Source of the DNA: Mustelus asterias
Taxonomy: Eukaryota
Direction of reading: 5' to 3'
Length of the DNA: 64,000 bases
NCBI RefSeq assembly: GCF_964213995.1
Contig: NW_027590190.1
Span: 248,001 to 312,000, forward strand
Shown: positions 46,968 to 62,169 of the stretch, piece after piece
How positions within the stretch are numbered: the first letter of the stretch is position 1
Layout: every line of letters starts with the position of its first letter
Translations under genes and position numbers: made by a program
Notes under the pieces: model-generated
Seen by the model: the letters and a program-made list of their open reading frames with translations, nothing else
Databases searched by the model: none
What the model was told of the DNA's origin: nothing

Positions 46968-47564
46968 CAGGGGGTTGGAGTTTAAGAGCCGTGGGGTTAT
47001 GCTGCAACTGTACAGGACCTTGGTGAGACCACATTTGGAATATTGTGTGCAGTTCTGGTCACCTCACTATAAGAAGGATGTGGAAGCGCTGGAAAGAGTG
47101 CAGAGGAGATTTACCAGGATGCTGCCTGGTTTGGAGGGTAGGTCTTATGAGGAAAGGTTGAGGGAGCTAGGGCTGTTCTCTCTGGAGCGGAGGAGGCTGA
47201 GGGGAGACTTAATAGAGGTTTATAAAATGATGAAGGGGATCGATAGAGTGAATGTTCAAAGACTATTTCCTCAGGTGGATGGAGCTATTACAAGGTGGCA
47301 TAACTATAGGGTTCATGGTGGGAGATACAGGAAGGATATCAGAGGTAGGTTCTTTACGTAGAGAGTGGTTAGGGTGTGGAATGGACTGCCTGCAGTGATA
47401 GTGGAGTCAGACACTTTAGGAACATTTAAGCGGTTATTGGATAGGCACATGGAGCACACCAGGATGATAGGGAGTGGGATAGCTTGATCTTGGTTTCAGA
47501 TAAAGCTCGGCACAACATCGTGGGCCGAAGGGCCTGTTCTGTGCTGTACTGTTCTATGTTCTAT
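46968..47564 (+). mobile_element. CR1 3' fragment
   Basis: LYRTLVRPHLEYCVQFW; TTCTATG tail. Confidence 0.9.
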
Positions 47565-47966
47565 TGGGAGATTTGTGGGGGGTGTAGAGCTTTTGCATGC
47601 CAGGGAAGCCATCAAAATCAACAATGACAATTGAAAAGATCAGAACATTTCAAAGGCTCTCACATGCAGTACGTGTGATGGAGTTTTAATAAACAAGATT
47701 CCAAAAGGGTTAATTGATCCAGAAAATAACAGATTTCTTCTGCAATATTGTTCTACAATGGGTGGTTCACAGGAACTCCAGATGTGTGTAAAGTGAAACA
47801 TTACAGTTCAATTTGTCACACCCACAAGTGGAACACTCAAACAGAACAAGCTTGCGGTTTCTTTTCTTCTCCTGTCTGAGAGAAGAAGCAAAAACCGTGC
47901 TAAATATTAATCTCTGAGTTCGATATCCAGGTCAAAGCTTCTGGTGTAAGATTTCTTATGAGTTTC

Positions 47967-48268
47967 GGGGCAGCCAGTGGCGAAGTAGTATTGAACAAGT
48001 AATCCAGAAACCCAAAGTCATGTTCTGGGGATCTGGGTTCGAATCCCACCATGGCAGCTGGTGGAATTTGAATTCAATAACAAAAAAATCCGGAAATAAA
48101 CTTTTAATGAAACCATTGCCGATTGTCATAAAAAACTCATGTCCTTTAGGGAAGGAAATCTGCACCCTTTCCTGGTATGTTCCACATGTGACTCCAGATC
48201 CATAGCAATGTGGGTCTTTAAATGGTCCAGCAAGCCATTCAGTTCAAGGGCAATTAGGGTTGAGCAAT
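47967..48268 (+). mobile_element. Second tRNA-headed SINE family copy
   Basis: GGTTCGAATCCC B-box; homologous to 29480-29729. Confidence 0.65.
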
Positions 48269-49087
48269 GAGTATGGACAGAGTAAATAGTCAGAAACTGT
48301 TCCCACTCAAGAGAGCACCAAGAAGTAGGGCACAGATTCAAAGTATTTAGCAAAGGAGTAAGAGTGATGTGAGTAAAAATGTTTCACTCAGAGGTTGGTT
48401 GGAGTCTGGAACAAATTCACTGAGAAGGTCGTGGAGGCAGGTTCTATCGAGGTATTGAAAAGAAAATTAGATTGCTATCCGAAAAGAAAGAATGTGCAAT
48501 GTTACGGGAATAAGGCAGGGAAGTAGGACTGGGTACAATGCCCTTTCAGAGACCCAGGACAGACTCAATGGGCTGAATGATGTCCTTCTGCGCTGTGAGG
48601 ATTCTGTGTTTCTGTCAGCACAGACCCCACATCATCAGCATTGGAACTGAAACTCCCATCATTACATCAACACCAGAACCACGATGGAATTTCAGAAAAC
48701 TGGGAAATCTTCCGAAAGGCAACTGATCCCAACAGGTGGGTTTCACCAAGCACCCAATGTCTTCAATAGATTGATAGGATTGATGAAAGTTCAGAGTTTA
48801 ATCCGGGAAAAGATGAATCAGAGAACAGAAATAATCTTGAGCAAGAAAAGGCCCAAATAATGGCACTGTCAAAAACAGGAGATCAATCATTCTCCTCTTA
48901 TTATTGGAGAAATCCAAAACACTGTGTTTGAATCAAAGCTGATTTAATCAACATTTACAAACAACATCACTGCACACACCAGCTTTCATGCTTATTAATA
49001 TCAGCAGCAACAAACTCCAACTGTCAGAATGAACATGGTTCAGTCCTGGATGTGATTAACAGCAGATTCTAAATCCAATCCCTTCAG

Positions 49088-49957
49088 TTACTTGTGAACT
49101 CGCTGGTGCCTCAGCAGTGTGGATGAACGACTGAATCTCTTTCCACACACCGAGCAAGGAAATGGCCTCTCCCCGGTGTGAACTCGCTGGTGTGTCAGCA
49201 GGGTGGACGACTGAGTGAATCCCTTCCCACACACTGAGCAGGTGAACGGCCTCTCCCCAGTGTGACTCCTTTGGTGATTAAGTAGGTTGGACATCCAAGT
49301 GAAGCCTTTCCTACAGAAAAAGCAGGTGAAGGGCCTCTCCCTGGTGTGAGTGAGTTGGTGCATCAGCAGATCCATCTGGCTTTTAAAGTACTTCTCACAG
49401 TCAGGACATTTAAACAGTCTCTTATCAGTATGAACAAGTTGGTGTGTCAGTAGGTCGAATGAACGGGTAAATCCCTTCCCACACACGGAGCAGGGGAACA
49501 GTCTCTCCCCAGTGTGAGTGTGTTTATGGTTCAACAGATCATTTTTCCTTTTATAGTTTTTCTCACAGTCAGAACATTGGAAAGGTCTCTCCTCACTGTG
49601 GATTCGATGGTGTGACAGGAGGTGGGATGAGTTTGTGAAGTCTTTCCCACAGACGGAGCAGGTGAATGGTCTCTCCCCAGTGTGAACACGCCGGTGTCTT
49701 AGAAGGTGGGATGATTTAGTGAATCCTTTCTGACACACAGAGCAAGTGAATGGCCTCTCCCCAGTGTGACTGTGGTGATGAATATGTAACTCAGATGGGT
49801 AATCAAATCCCTTCCCACAATCTCCACATTTCCACGGTTTCTCCCCAGTGGGACAGCACTTGTGCTTTGACAGGTTTGTTGAGCGACTGAAACCTCATCC
49901 ACACACAGAACATGTAAACACCTTCTCCCCATTGTGAACGGTGCTTTTTGATTCCAT
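49088..49957 (-). pseudogene. C2H2 ZNF gene 8; in-frame TGA at codon 21, followed by 9 fingers
   Basis: ATG at 49957 (MESKSTVH), TGA at 49897-49895, same frame as ORF 49088..49738. Confidence 0.75.
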
Positions 49958-50304
49958 GTTCAGAAGTCGATGATGTTCAGGCCCTGATGAATTGAGTGAC
50001 TGTCAGATCCTGATGTGATGTTTGATCTGAGTTTCCCACCTACAAATCATCCTCTTCTAATATGCTGTAAAATTAATTCAAAAAGGAGAAAAAAACAGTG
50101 ATAAACACAAAGGTAGGTTGTGAAATTGAGCTGAATGAATCCGGTAATTTGTGGAGCCGGCACAAGGAAAAGTGACCACAAAAGCTGCTGGATTGTGATT
50201 AAAAACTCAAATGGTTTGCTAATGTCCTTCAATGCAGGAAACCTGCCACCCAGTCCAGATCGACACAAGAATTCAACCTTAATGGGAGGAGAAAGATAGA
50301 GACG

Positions 50305-51437
50305 GGTCCCCCATGCAAGGCTTCTAGAAAAAGTGAGAGGACATGGGATCCAAGGGGCTGCTGCCCTGTGGATCCAGAACTGGCTTGCCCAAAGGAGGCA
50401 GAGAGTGGGTATAGATGGGTCTTTTTCTAAATGGAGGTCGGTCACCAGTGGTGTGCCCCAGGGATCTGTTCTGGGACCCTTGCTGTTTGTCATTTTCATA
50501 AATGACCTGGATGAGGAAGCGGAGGGATGGGTTGGTAAGTTTGCCGACGACACGAAGGTTGGTGGGGTGGTGGATAGTCTGAAGGGATGTCAGAAGTTAC
50601 AGAGGGACATAGATAGGATGCAGGACTGGACGGAGAAGTGGCAGATGGACTTCAACCCAGATAAATGCGTAGTGGTCCATTTTGGTAGGACAAATGGGAT
50701 GAAGGAGCACAATATAAAGGGAAAGACCCTTAGTACGGTAGAGGATCAGAAGGACCTTGGGGTCCGGGTCTATAGGACTCTGAAATCGGCCCCGCAGGTG
50801 GAGGAGGTGGTTAAGAAGGCGAATGGTGTGCTGGCCTTTATCAATCGAGGGATTGAGTTTAGGAGTCCGGGGATAATGATGCAGCTATATAAGACCCTCG
50901 TCAGACCCCACTTGGAGTACTGTGCTCAGTTCTGGTCGCCTCACTATAGGAAGGATGTGGAAAAGATTGAAAGGGTGCAGAGGAGATTTACAAGGATGTT
51001 GCCTGGATTGAGTGGTATGCCTCATGAGGATAGGCTGAGGGAGCTCGGTCTTTTCTCCTTGGAGAGACGAAGGATGAGAGGAGACCTAATAGAGGCATAT
51101 AAGATGTTGAGAGGCATAGATCGGGTGGACTCTCAGAGGTTTTTTCCCAGGGTGGAAATGTCTGCCACGAGAGGACACAGGTTTAAGGTGCTGGGGGGTC
51201 GGTACAGGGGAGATGTTAGGGGTAAGTCTTTCACACAGAGGGTGGTGAGCGAGTGGAATCGGCTGCCGTCAGTGGTGGTGGAGGCGAACTCAATAGGGTC
51301 TTTTAAGAGACTCCTGGATGAGTACATGGAGCTTAATAGGATGGAGGGTTATAGGTAGGTCTAGAAGGTAGGGATGTGTTCGGCACAACTTGTGGGCCGA
51401 AGGGCCTGTTTGTGCTGTAGTTTTTCTATGTTCTATG
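50305..51437 (+). mobile_element. Young 5'-truncated CR1 (open RT frame 50333..51358)
   Basis: GVPQGSVLGP and FADD; near-identical to 59722-60650. Confidence 0.95.
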
Positions 51438-51595
51438 AAACAGGGAGGGAATGAACGGTAAGGACTTTATACATCTACAACTGGACAAGAACTTTGACAG
51501 AACCTGCCAAAGCACAACCTTCACCAACTCAAAGGACGCAGGAAAACTATCACCTCCAAATGTCGCTTTCAATCTCAAAACAACTTGTAATCCTG

Positions 51596-51809
51596 AGGTA
51601 ACCTGTAACCTCCTGCATTTAAGGGGCAATTTAGCCTGGTCAATCGACCTAACCTGCACATCTTTGGGGTGTGGGAGGAAACCGGAGCACCTAAAGGAAA
51701 CTCATGCAGTCACAAGGAGAACATGCAAACTCCACACAGTCACCCAAAGCTGGAATCGAACCCGGGTCCCTGGTGCTGTGAAACAGCAGTGTTGACCACT
51801 GTGCCACCC
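51596..51809 (-). mobile_element. V-SINE, diverged
   Basis: Head and core of the HE1-like family. Confidence 0.75.
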
Positions 51810-52593
51810 TGTGCCACTGTACTATGTTGCGCAGAAATAAGTTTTAGGATTCTGGCCGAGTGATTGTGAAGGCAGAGCAGTATACTACCAAGTCAGAATA
51901 GTGTGTGATTTTGAAGAGTAAATGCAGATAGTGAGGTTTCCACGGACAAACTGCCCTTATCCATGTTGGAGAAGAGGTGTGTAGTTTTGGAAGCTGCTGT
52001 CAAAGGAGGTTTAGCCAATTGCTGGTAATTCTAGTAATGTCCATGTTCCAGTTATTAATTTGAAATTTTTCTAAATGTAAATTTAATGAAAATCCCTGAC
52101 AGAACTACTTTTTCCTTACTTGAAACACAGCTTTAAATGGTCCGTTTGTTTCTAGATTCAGTTCCATGAGCAATGCCTTCAACTAAACACAATCAAAACA
52201 CTGCAACTGCTGGAAATCTGAAATGAAAAGAGAAAACGTTGTAAATACTCATCAGGTTAGACAGCATCTATGGAGACAGAAACAGAATTAATGTTTGCAG
52301 TCACTGATGCTCCTCTAATAAAACACATACCAATAGCTGCTGTTTAATGGGGCCGTGGATCCCACAATCCCCTGTGCCCCAGAAACAGCTCTATCCATCA
52401 CACACATTTCCCATTATGACACTTCTGTGTCAAGAGGGCGAGCTGTTTAAAAGTCGTCAAGTTCCATTTTTGCGTGTTGATGTTCATTAAAGATACGGAT
52501 CGATTTCCCCCTCATTATGTATCAATTTCAGATACTTTGGTCGAGAATTTCCATTCCCCTACTTCCTGGTGGATAATGAATGCCTTGAGTACT

Positions 52594-52914
52594 TAGAATC
52601 ATAGAATCCTACAATGCAGAAAGAGGCCATTTGGCCCATCGAGTCTGCACCAACCACAATCCCACCCAGGCCCTATCCACATATCCCTACATATTTACCC
52701 ACTAACCTATGCATCCCGGGACACTAAGGGGCAATTTAGAATGGCCCATCAACCTAGCCCGCACATCTTTGGACTGTGGGAGGAAACCGGAGCACCCGGA
52801 GGAAACCCAGGCAGACACAGGGAGAATGTGCAAACTTCACACAGACAGCGACCCGAGCCGGGATTCGAACCCAGGTCCCTGGAGTGCTAACCACTGTGCT
52901 ACCGTGCCGCCCCC
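52594..52914 (-). mobile_element. HE1-like V-SINE
   Basis: Same family as the other copies. Confidence 0.85.
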
Positions 52915-52999
52915 TAATTTGATTCCTAATTTATTGACTGCACCCCTATCCCTAATTTTCACATCGCAGCTAAAAAAGCTCACTGTTCACAAATGAGGA

Positions 53000-53450
53000 G
53001 TTTCGATGGCGTGCGCTTTACCCACCATTCCTCGCGGTGGGGAATGTCCCCTATCCACAGCACGGGGGGGGGGGAGTTGTGCATGCGCAGTGAAGCAGTG
53101 TTTGACGCATGCGTAGCGTGGATGCTGGCAATGGGGAGAGACATTCCTCTGTCTCATCAGCAACCGGTAAGGATGCGGATACATGGAGGGAGGATTGGAA
53201 CCAGCAGATGGACGGAGAGGGTTTCTAAATATCTGGTGAAGATCTCAAACCTCTAATAGTAATCCGCAGGTCCCGTGTTTGCAGCTTTGGGTCTTTTTCC
53301 CGGAACGAGGCTCAGGTTAACAGCCGCCATCTTGATTCAGCAAGGAGCGGAGCGCATGCGCTGGTGTCTTGGTGACGCAACAGTGAGTGGGTGGGGCTTC
53401 AGCGTTTTCTGCTCCCAACCGGGTCCCAGTGACCGGAATGCAGAGCAAAC
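53000..53450. promoter_or_regulatory. CpG island, candidate bidirectional promoter for ZNF genes 8 and 9
   Basis: Three GCATGCG NRF1-like sites, YY1 GCCGCCATCTTG and donor-like CAGTGAGT near 53381. Confidence 0.65.
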
Positions 53451-53534
53451 TGAGCAACAGGTTTTCAACAGCTTCACCCACTCCCAGGCTGCAGCTAATG
53501 TTTGCAGCCCAGAGGAATCCATGGGCCATGTATA

Positions 53535-54565
53535 TACTCCAGAAGTTGTTTATTCCTGTTTGGCGCAAGAGTGGTAAGGGAATTGTGGCCAAGCCATGGC
53601 TTACAAGGGAAATTAGAGATAGTATCAGATTCAAGGAAGAAGCATTCAAATCGGCAAGAAAAAGCAATAGGCCCGAGGATTGGGAGCAGTTTAAAATTCA
53701 GCAAAGGAGGACCAAGGGATTGATTAAGAAGGGAAAAATGGAGTATGAAAGTAAGCGAGCAGGGAACATAAAAACTGACTGTAAAAGTTTCTATAGATAT
53801 GTAAAGAGAAGAAGATTGACAAAGACAAATGTTAGAAATGGGAGAATTCATAACGGGGAATAAAGAAATGGCTGAGGGATTAAATTGGTACTTTGCTTCA
53901 GTTTTCACAAAGGAAGACGTGAATAATGTACCAGAAGTGCTGAGAGAAACATGTTTTAGTCAGGGGCTGAAGGAAATCAGCATCAGTTGAGAAGTTTTTG
54001 GGGAAATTGATGGGATTGAAGGTGGATAAATCTCCAGGTCCAGATAAGCTTCATCCCAGAGTACTTAAGGAAGTGGTCCTGGAAATAGTAGATACATTGG
54101 TGGTTATTTTCCCAAATTCTTTGGAATCGGTAATAGTTCCAAGAGATTGGAGGGTAGCTAATGTAAACCCACTATTCAAAAAGGGAGGGAGAGAGAAAAC
54201 AGGGAACTATAGACCAGTGAGCCTAACATTGGTACTGGGGAAGTTGCTGGTGTCTCTTATCAAGGATTTCACAACTCGGCATTTGGAAGACAGTGGTATA
54301 ATCAGATAAAGACAGCATGGATTTACAAAAGGGAAATCATGCTTGACGAATCTATTGGAATTTTGTAAGGATGTAAGTAGTAGAGTTGACCGAGGAGAAC
54401 CAGTGGATGTGGTTTATTTAGACTTTCAGAAGGCTTTCGACAAGGTCTCACATAACAGACTGCTATGTAAAGTTAAAGCACGTAGGATTGCTGGTAATGT
54501 CTTGAGATGGATAGAAAGCTGGTTCGCATATAAGAAGCAAAGAGCTGACATAAATGAGTCTTTTC
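53535..54565 (+). mobile_element. Decayed CR1 fragment
   Basis: KSPGPDKLHPRVLKE, NYRPVSLT and YLDFQKAFDKV. Confidence 0.9.
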
Positions 54566-56001
54566 CATGGTGCCGGTGTCCTTGTGTCTCTCTCGGTTAA
54601 ACAACCTGTTCAAGCCTTGTCCACACAAAGACCTTGTGTATTGTTTCTCAGTGAGGGAATCAAAGTTTATGGGGCAAGGTGGAAAAGTGGAGCTGGGGAT
54701 TATATCAGATCAGCCATGATCTTATTGAATGAGATCAAACAGTGTCATCACTGATCAGTCAAGAGGTGTTGCGGACCAGGCCCAATTTAAGATCATTAAT
54801 CAGACTCACAATGTGGCCCACTTATGCTGACTAGAAGATCCATATATCCCGACTCGGGGTCTGGTTCACTCCAGGCAAAAGCAACTTTCCAGGAAGTCTT
54901 GCTACAGCTGTACAAGGGCTTGTTAAGAACACACCTTGAGTATTCTGTACAGTTTTGGACTTCTTCCTTCAGGAAAGATATACTGGCATTGGAAGCAGTT
55001 CATAGAAAGTTCACAAGGCTGATTCCTGGGGTGAAGGGTTGTCTTATGAGGAAATGCAGAGCATGTTGAATCTTAACTCAGTGGAGTTTAAAAGAAAAAG
55101 TAGTGACATTATTGAAACAAATAGGATTTTGAGGGGGTTTGGCAGGGAGCTGCTAGGTGGATGTTTTCTCTCATGAGGAAATCTACAACAGTTTAAATAG
55201 ATGGAGATGAGGAGGAGTTTCTTCTCTCAGAGGGTTGTTAGTCTTTGGAATTCTGTTCCACAGAGAGCAGCGAAGGCTGGCTCATTGAATGTATTCAAGG
55301 CTGAGTTGGACAGATTTTTGACCAACAGGAGAGTCAAGAGGAATGGGTAACTGGCAGGAAAGTGCAGTTAAAGCCAGATCAGGTCAGCCATGGTCTCACT
55401 GAATTGCAGAGCAAGCTTGATGGAGTAAATGGCCTCCTTTTTACTCCCATTTCTTATGATCTCTGACTCCAGGACAGCAAACAATGAGCATGGATCTGGG
55501 AGCGTGTATATTAGGTACAGCAGAGTGAGAATGGAGGGAGTGTGTGTGGAATGGAGATTTACAGATTTTGGGGAATGAGAGAGGAAAGAATGTTCCATGG
55601 AAACTCGAATTGTCTGTTCTGAATGTCTATCCTGTACTGATACTAATGATCTTTGTAAACTCCTTCTCCAGAATATTAGAAGGCGAGGATTTGCCTCAAC
55701 TCAAGATCTGACAGAATCTGCAATTCACTTGACCTGAATATCATCGGACATTGAATCTAAAAGCAGAAATATTGGTTGTTCTGTCTGCTTCAAACTTCAA
55801 TGTGATTGGAAAAGCACCGAGATGTACACACACCCAAGTGAGAGTGTTCCGGTGCACTGACTGGAGAAAGCTTTAACTCGCTATACAGCTCCACAAACAC
55901 ATTAGACCGTTCACAGCGTGCAGAGACTGTACAGGTGTTCTGTGTGTGGACGAGGCTTCAACTGACCATCCAACCTGGAGAGACACAAGGACACCAGCGC
56001 C

Positions 56002-56884
56002 ATGGAAAAACCATGGAAATGTGGGGACTGTGGGAAGAGATTCCAATCCCCGTCTGCACTCGAGAAACATCGACGCAGCCACACTGGGGAGCGCCCATTC
56101 ACCTGCTCCAAATGTGGGAAGGGATTCACTCACTCATCGGCCCTCCTGACACATCAGCGAGTTCACACTGGGGAAAGGCCGTTCATCTGCTTTGTGTGTG
56201 GAAAGCGATTCTGTGATTCATCGGCCTTATTGGCACACCAGCATGTTCACACTGGGGAGAGGCCATTCACCTGCTCTCAGTGTGGGAAGGGATTCACTCG
56301 GTTGTCTAACCTGCAGACACCAGCGAATTCACTCTGGGGAGAGACCGTTCACCTGCTCTGACTGTGGGAAAGGATTCAGTGATTCATCCAACCTGCTTAC
56401 GCACCAGCGAATTCACACGGGGGAGAAGCCGTTCACCTGTTCTGACTGTGGGAAAGGATTCACTAATTCCTATAACCTGCTGAGACACCAGCGGATTCAT
56501 ACTGGCGAGAGGCCATTAACCTGCCCTGCTTGTGGGAAGGGATTCATTAATTCCTACAACTTGCTGATACACCAGCGAGTTCACACTGGAGAGAGGCCAT
56601 TCCCCTGCTCTGTGTGTGGGAAGGGATTCACTCAGTCATCCAACTTGCTGACACACCAACGAGTTCACTCTGGAGAGAGGCCGTTCACATGCACTGAGTG
56701 TGGGAAGGGATTCACTCAGTTATCCCAGCTAATAACACACCAGCGAGTTCACACCGGGGAGAGACCATTCGCCTGCTCTGTGTGTGGGAAGCAATTCACC
56801 CAGTCATCTAGCCTGCTAATGCACCAGCGAGTTCATAAGTTGGATTCTGTTGTTATTGCTGCTGTTAATCACATCCAGGACTGA
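56002..56884 (+). pseudogene. C2H2 ZNF gene 9, 10 fingers, 2-nt deletion near 56318
   Basis: ORFs 56002..56361 and 56192..56884. Confidence 0.85.
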
Positions 56885-59134
56885 ACCATGTTCATTCTGA
56901 CAGTTGGTGAAGTGGGAGGGTTGGAGGGTTTCTTTCTGCTGGACTGGCCGATCTCACAACTTTGCTTCCAGTGGGCTGATGCTCTTTGAGCCTGGGAGAG
57001 CACATTTCCACTGAAATGATTCACAAAAACTGACAAATTCATTAATTTTATCCTGGATAGTAAATAATGCTTTTCTTACCACTACAGCTAGATCCAAACT
57101 AAATATGTTTGTCTCAGTTCCATTGAATCTGTACCCAGTGCATCCATGTCCTAAATGGAGATCACTAATTTGGCAGAGTTCCCAGTGTTGTGTAACCCTG
57201 GTTTTAAACAAGTTGAACATAATCTTCCTGCTTTTCAATTCTATCCCTCTGGAATGGAACCCTATCTATGGGCCCGACACTTTAGGAAAGATGTGAAGTT
57301 CTGAGAGAGGGTGCAGAGGGGATTTACGGGAAGGAAACCAGGAATGAGGGACTTCAGTTAGTTGGAGAGGCTGGAGTAGCTGAAATTATTCTCTTTAGAT
57401 CACACAGTAATTGGGACAGGCCATTTGGCCTATTGAGTCCAGGCCAACTTTGTAGAAAAAACATTCAGTCCCATTGCCCTGTTCTAGTGCCATAATCTGC
57501 AGATTTATTCCCCTCAAGCGTCCATCCAATTTCCTTTTGGTATCGTTCAGTCTCTGCTTCCACCCCCTCATATTCAGCGAGTTTCAGTTCATTATCAGGG
57601 TCTGTGATAAAATGTTCTTCCTTACATCCCCTCTGCATCTCTTCGCCAAACCTTAAATCTGTGCCACCTCATCCTTGTACAACCAGCCAATGGCAACAGC
57701 TTTTCTTTCTCTGTCTGATCTAAACCTGTCATAAATTTCTACACCTCTATCGAATCTATCAAACCAAGAGAAATGTTTGTCTCTTCCAAATTTCAGACCT
57801 GGACATGACTGTGATGGATTTTGTAAATTTATTTTGTCGTGTATTGGAAAAGAAGTTGCAGGCAGTAACTCAAACTAGATCTCACATCAAAATCTGACTG
57901 AGTCACTGTTCAACAGGACCTGGATATTGAGTTCCAGGTCATTACCACTCACTGTGTAAATGTTTTTCCTCCAACCTCCTCTGTAGATCTTGCTCAAAAT
58001 CTTAAAACTGTGTCCGAAGCTGATGAGAACAGCTTTTCTTTATCTATCTTCTAAAATCTGTTATAAATGTGTACACCTTCATCAAATCTCCCCTCAATCT
58101 ACTTTGTTCCAAGGAGAACAACCCCAGTTTCTCCAGCCTAACATTGTTGTTAAAACCCCTCATCCCTGGTATTATTCTGGTAAATCTCCTCTGCACCTTC
58201 TCAAGGGCCCTCACTTCCTAAAGTGTGGTGATCAGAAATGGACTCACGACTCAAGTTGGGGTCTAACTGGTCCCAGAGGAAACCAATGCAGACAGGAGCA
58301 TAACATACAAACTCCACACAGTCACCAAAGGCCAGAATTGAACTGGCAGTGTGAGGCAGCAGTGCTAACCACTGTGCCAAAAGCAGGAGGTCATTTGATC
58401 CATTGTGCTTATGCCAGCTATCCGATTAATCCCATCGCTCTGCAATTTTCTTAGCGTTTACCCATTTGAAGCCCCCTCCCTTTATCTGCAGTGACAAAGT
58501 TTAATAATAAAACCCCAGTCTAAATAACATGTATCTGACTGACAAATGTTGAAGTGTTTGTTTGGAGCCACAAGTTTCAAGTTTCCATTTGAGCTTCGGG
58601 AACCTTTCTGCCCGTCTTGCTTCTTGTGTCAATGACAGCCGGGCGACAGAGCTGAGGGCTGAATTTAGCTGAGAATAACAGGGCCTGAGTCCCAGTTGGG
58701 AACCTGGGTGTCACACTAAGAGTGAGGCAAAAGGTGCTGGGGAACTGACTGGAAAAGGCCTTTAACTAATTGGGGCATGGGAGGGGTGACTGGGACATGG
58801 TGATATGACCCCCAGGGTTCAGTGTCCCTGTGTCCAAAGCAAGGGACCATGGGAACAGATTACAGAGGAGCTGAAGAGAAACATTGTTCACACCTTTTTA
58901 CCCTTGGCTTTGATCTGAAATAATTTTGTGTTTTTAACCATGTTCTGCTTCATGAATAAACTCTCAGGAATAACATTTTATTTAGCTGGGCTTTTCATGA
59001 CTAAGTTTATGTATTTTAGAGAAAGCGGGTGAAAGGGGTTGGCAGGCTCATTCTCACCTTCGAAGGTAATTGGTAAAGAGGGCGAGGAGGGAGATGAGAT
59101 TGTATTTTTTTGAGGCACCAAACACACACAGCTC

Positions 59135-60653
59135 GGTGTATGGAACCAGTAGAAATGGCAGAGGTGCTCAATGAGTATTTTGCCTCGGTTTTCACAGAGG
59201 AGAAGGACCTGGGTGGATGTACTGTGGGCTTGCGGTGGACTGAAAGGATTGAGTATGTGGACTTTAAGAAAGAGGTTGTGCTGGAATCTTTGAATGCCAT
59301 CAAGATAGATAAGTCGCCGGATCCGGATGGGATGGACCCCAGGTTACTGTGGGAGGCGAGGGAAGAGATTGCAGAGTCCCTGACGATTTTTGCGTCGTCG
59401 ATGGAGACGGGAGAGGTGCCGGAGGATTGGAGGATTGCGGATGTGGTTCCTATTTTCAAGAAGGGGAATAGGGATAGCCCAGGAAATTACCGACCGGTGA
59501 GTCTAACCTCAGTGGTTGGTAAACTGATGGAGAAGATCCTGAGGGACAGGATATATGAGCATTTAGAGAGGTTTAGTATGCTCAAGAATACTCAGCATGG
59601 CTTTGTCAAGGGCAGATCATGCCTTACGAGCTGGTGGAGTTCTTCGAAAATGTGACTAAACACATTGACGAAGGGAAGGCGGTAGATGTGGTTTATATAG
59701 ATATTAGCAAGGCGTTCGATAAGGTCCCCCATGCAAGGCTTCTAGAAAAAGTGAGAGGGCATGGGATCCAAGGGGCAGCTGCCCAGTGGATCCAGAAATT
59801 GCTTGCCCAAAGGAGGCAGAGAGTGGGTATAGATGGGTCTTTTTCTAAATGGAGGTCGGTCACCAGTGGTGTGCCCCAGGGATCTGTTCTGGGACCCTTG
59901 CTGTTTGTCATTTTCATAAATGACCTGGATGAGGAAGCGGAGGGATGGGTTGGTAAGTTTGCCGACAACACGAAGGTTGGTGGGGTTGTGGATAGTCTGG
60001 AGGGATGTCAGAAGTTACAGAGGGACATAGATAGGATGCAAGACTGGGCGGACAAGTGGCAGATGGACTTCAACCCAGATAAATGCGTAGTGGTCCATTT
60101 TGGCAGGTCAAATGGGATGCAGTAGTACAATATAAAGGGAAAGACTCTTAGTACTGTAGAGGATCAGAAGGACCTTGGGGTCCGGGTCCATGGGACTCTG
60201 AAAGCGGCCCCGCAGGTGGAGGAGGTAGTTAAGAAGGCGTATGGTGTGCTGGCCTTTATCAATCGAGGGATTGAGTTTAGGAGTCCGGGGATAATGCTGC
60301 AGCTATATTAGACCCTCGTCAGACCCCACATGGAGTACTTTGCTGAGTTCTGGTCGCCTCACTATAGGATGGATGTGGAAAAGATTGAAAGGGTGCAGAG
60401 GAGATTTACAAGGATGTTGCCTGGATTGAGTGGCATGCCTTATGAGGATAGGCTGAGGGAGCTTGGTCTTTTCTCTTTGGAGAGACGAAGGATGAGAGGA
60501 GACCTATAGAGGTGTATAAGATGTTGAGAGGCATAGATCGGGTGGACTCTCAGAGGCTTTTTCCCAGGGTGGAAATGTCTGCTACAAGAGGACACCAGTT
60601 TAGGGTGCTGGGGGGTAGGTACAGGGGAGATGTTAGGGGTAAGTGTTTGACAC
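59135..60653 (+). mobile_element. CR1 LINE fragment with frameshifts and stops
   Basis: ORFs 59110..59655 and 59619..60125. Confidence 0.9.
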
Positions 60654-61077
60654 ACTTCTGTTAAAATCCTGGTTGATTTGTACAAATAGAAAATCACTCT
60701 CTTTCTCTTCTTCTGCTTCCAATCCTCTCTCCCTCTTCTCCCTTCATAGAGATCATAATCTTGTCTCGGCTCAGATGGGGGTCAGCTTCCCTTCCCTGAA
60801 GGTTATTAATGAGCCAGTTGGGTTTTTAACAATCCAGCAGTTTCCATGCTCACTTTTTCCTTGTGCCAGCCCCAAAAATTGCCATATTTATTCAGCTCAA
60901 TTTCACAACCTGCCTTTGTGTTTTGTGGATTCTCTCACTTTTTTTTCTGTTTTAAATTCACTTGACATGGTCTTAGAAGGGGTGGTTTTGCAACAGGGAA
61001 ACCGGAAACCAAACATCATATCGGGATCTGACAAAGTTGCCCAAATTATTGGAACTGAATATCATCAAATTTTGAAC

Positions 61078-61997
<920 letters not shown>

Positions 61998-62169
61998 CTA
62001 CATTGATTGGATTTTCCTGTTAATCTCATCCACGACAACCATCTTCAGTGGAGTCTGTTTCTGTTCATGTGAATAAACTCCAGGCCTGTTACAGTTAATA
62101 TTGTTGATCAAAGGAAAATAAATCAGTTTTGTCTGAAGCACACAGTGCGGTAAATCTTTTTAATTTCTC

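Noticed and set aside
58560-59015. LTR-like segment with AATAAA (a similar case at 63290-64000)
   Set aside because: No defined termini or TSD are visible
60643-61077. Long N-terminal extension of ORF 60643..61974 as an effector domain
   Set aside because: It starts at GTG within a CR1 end and runs through the intronic SINE relic and a pyrimidine tract
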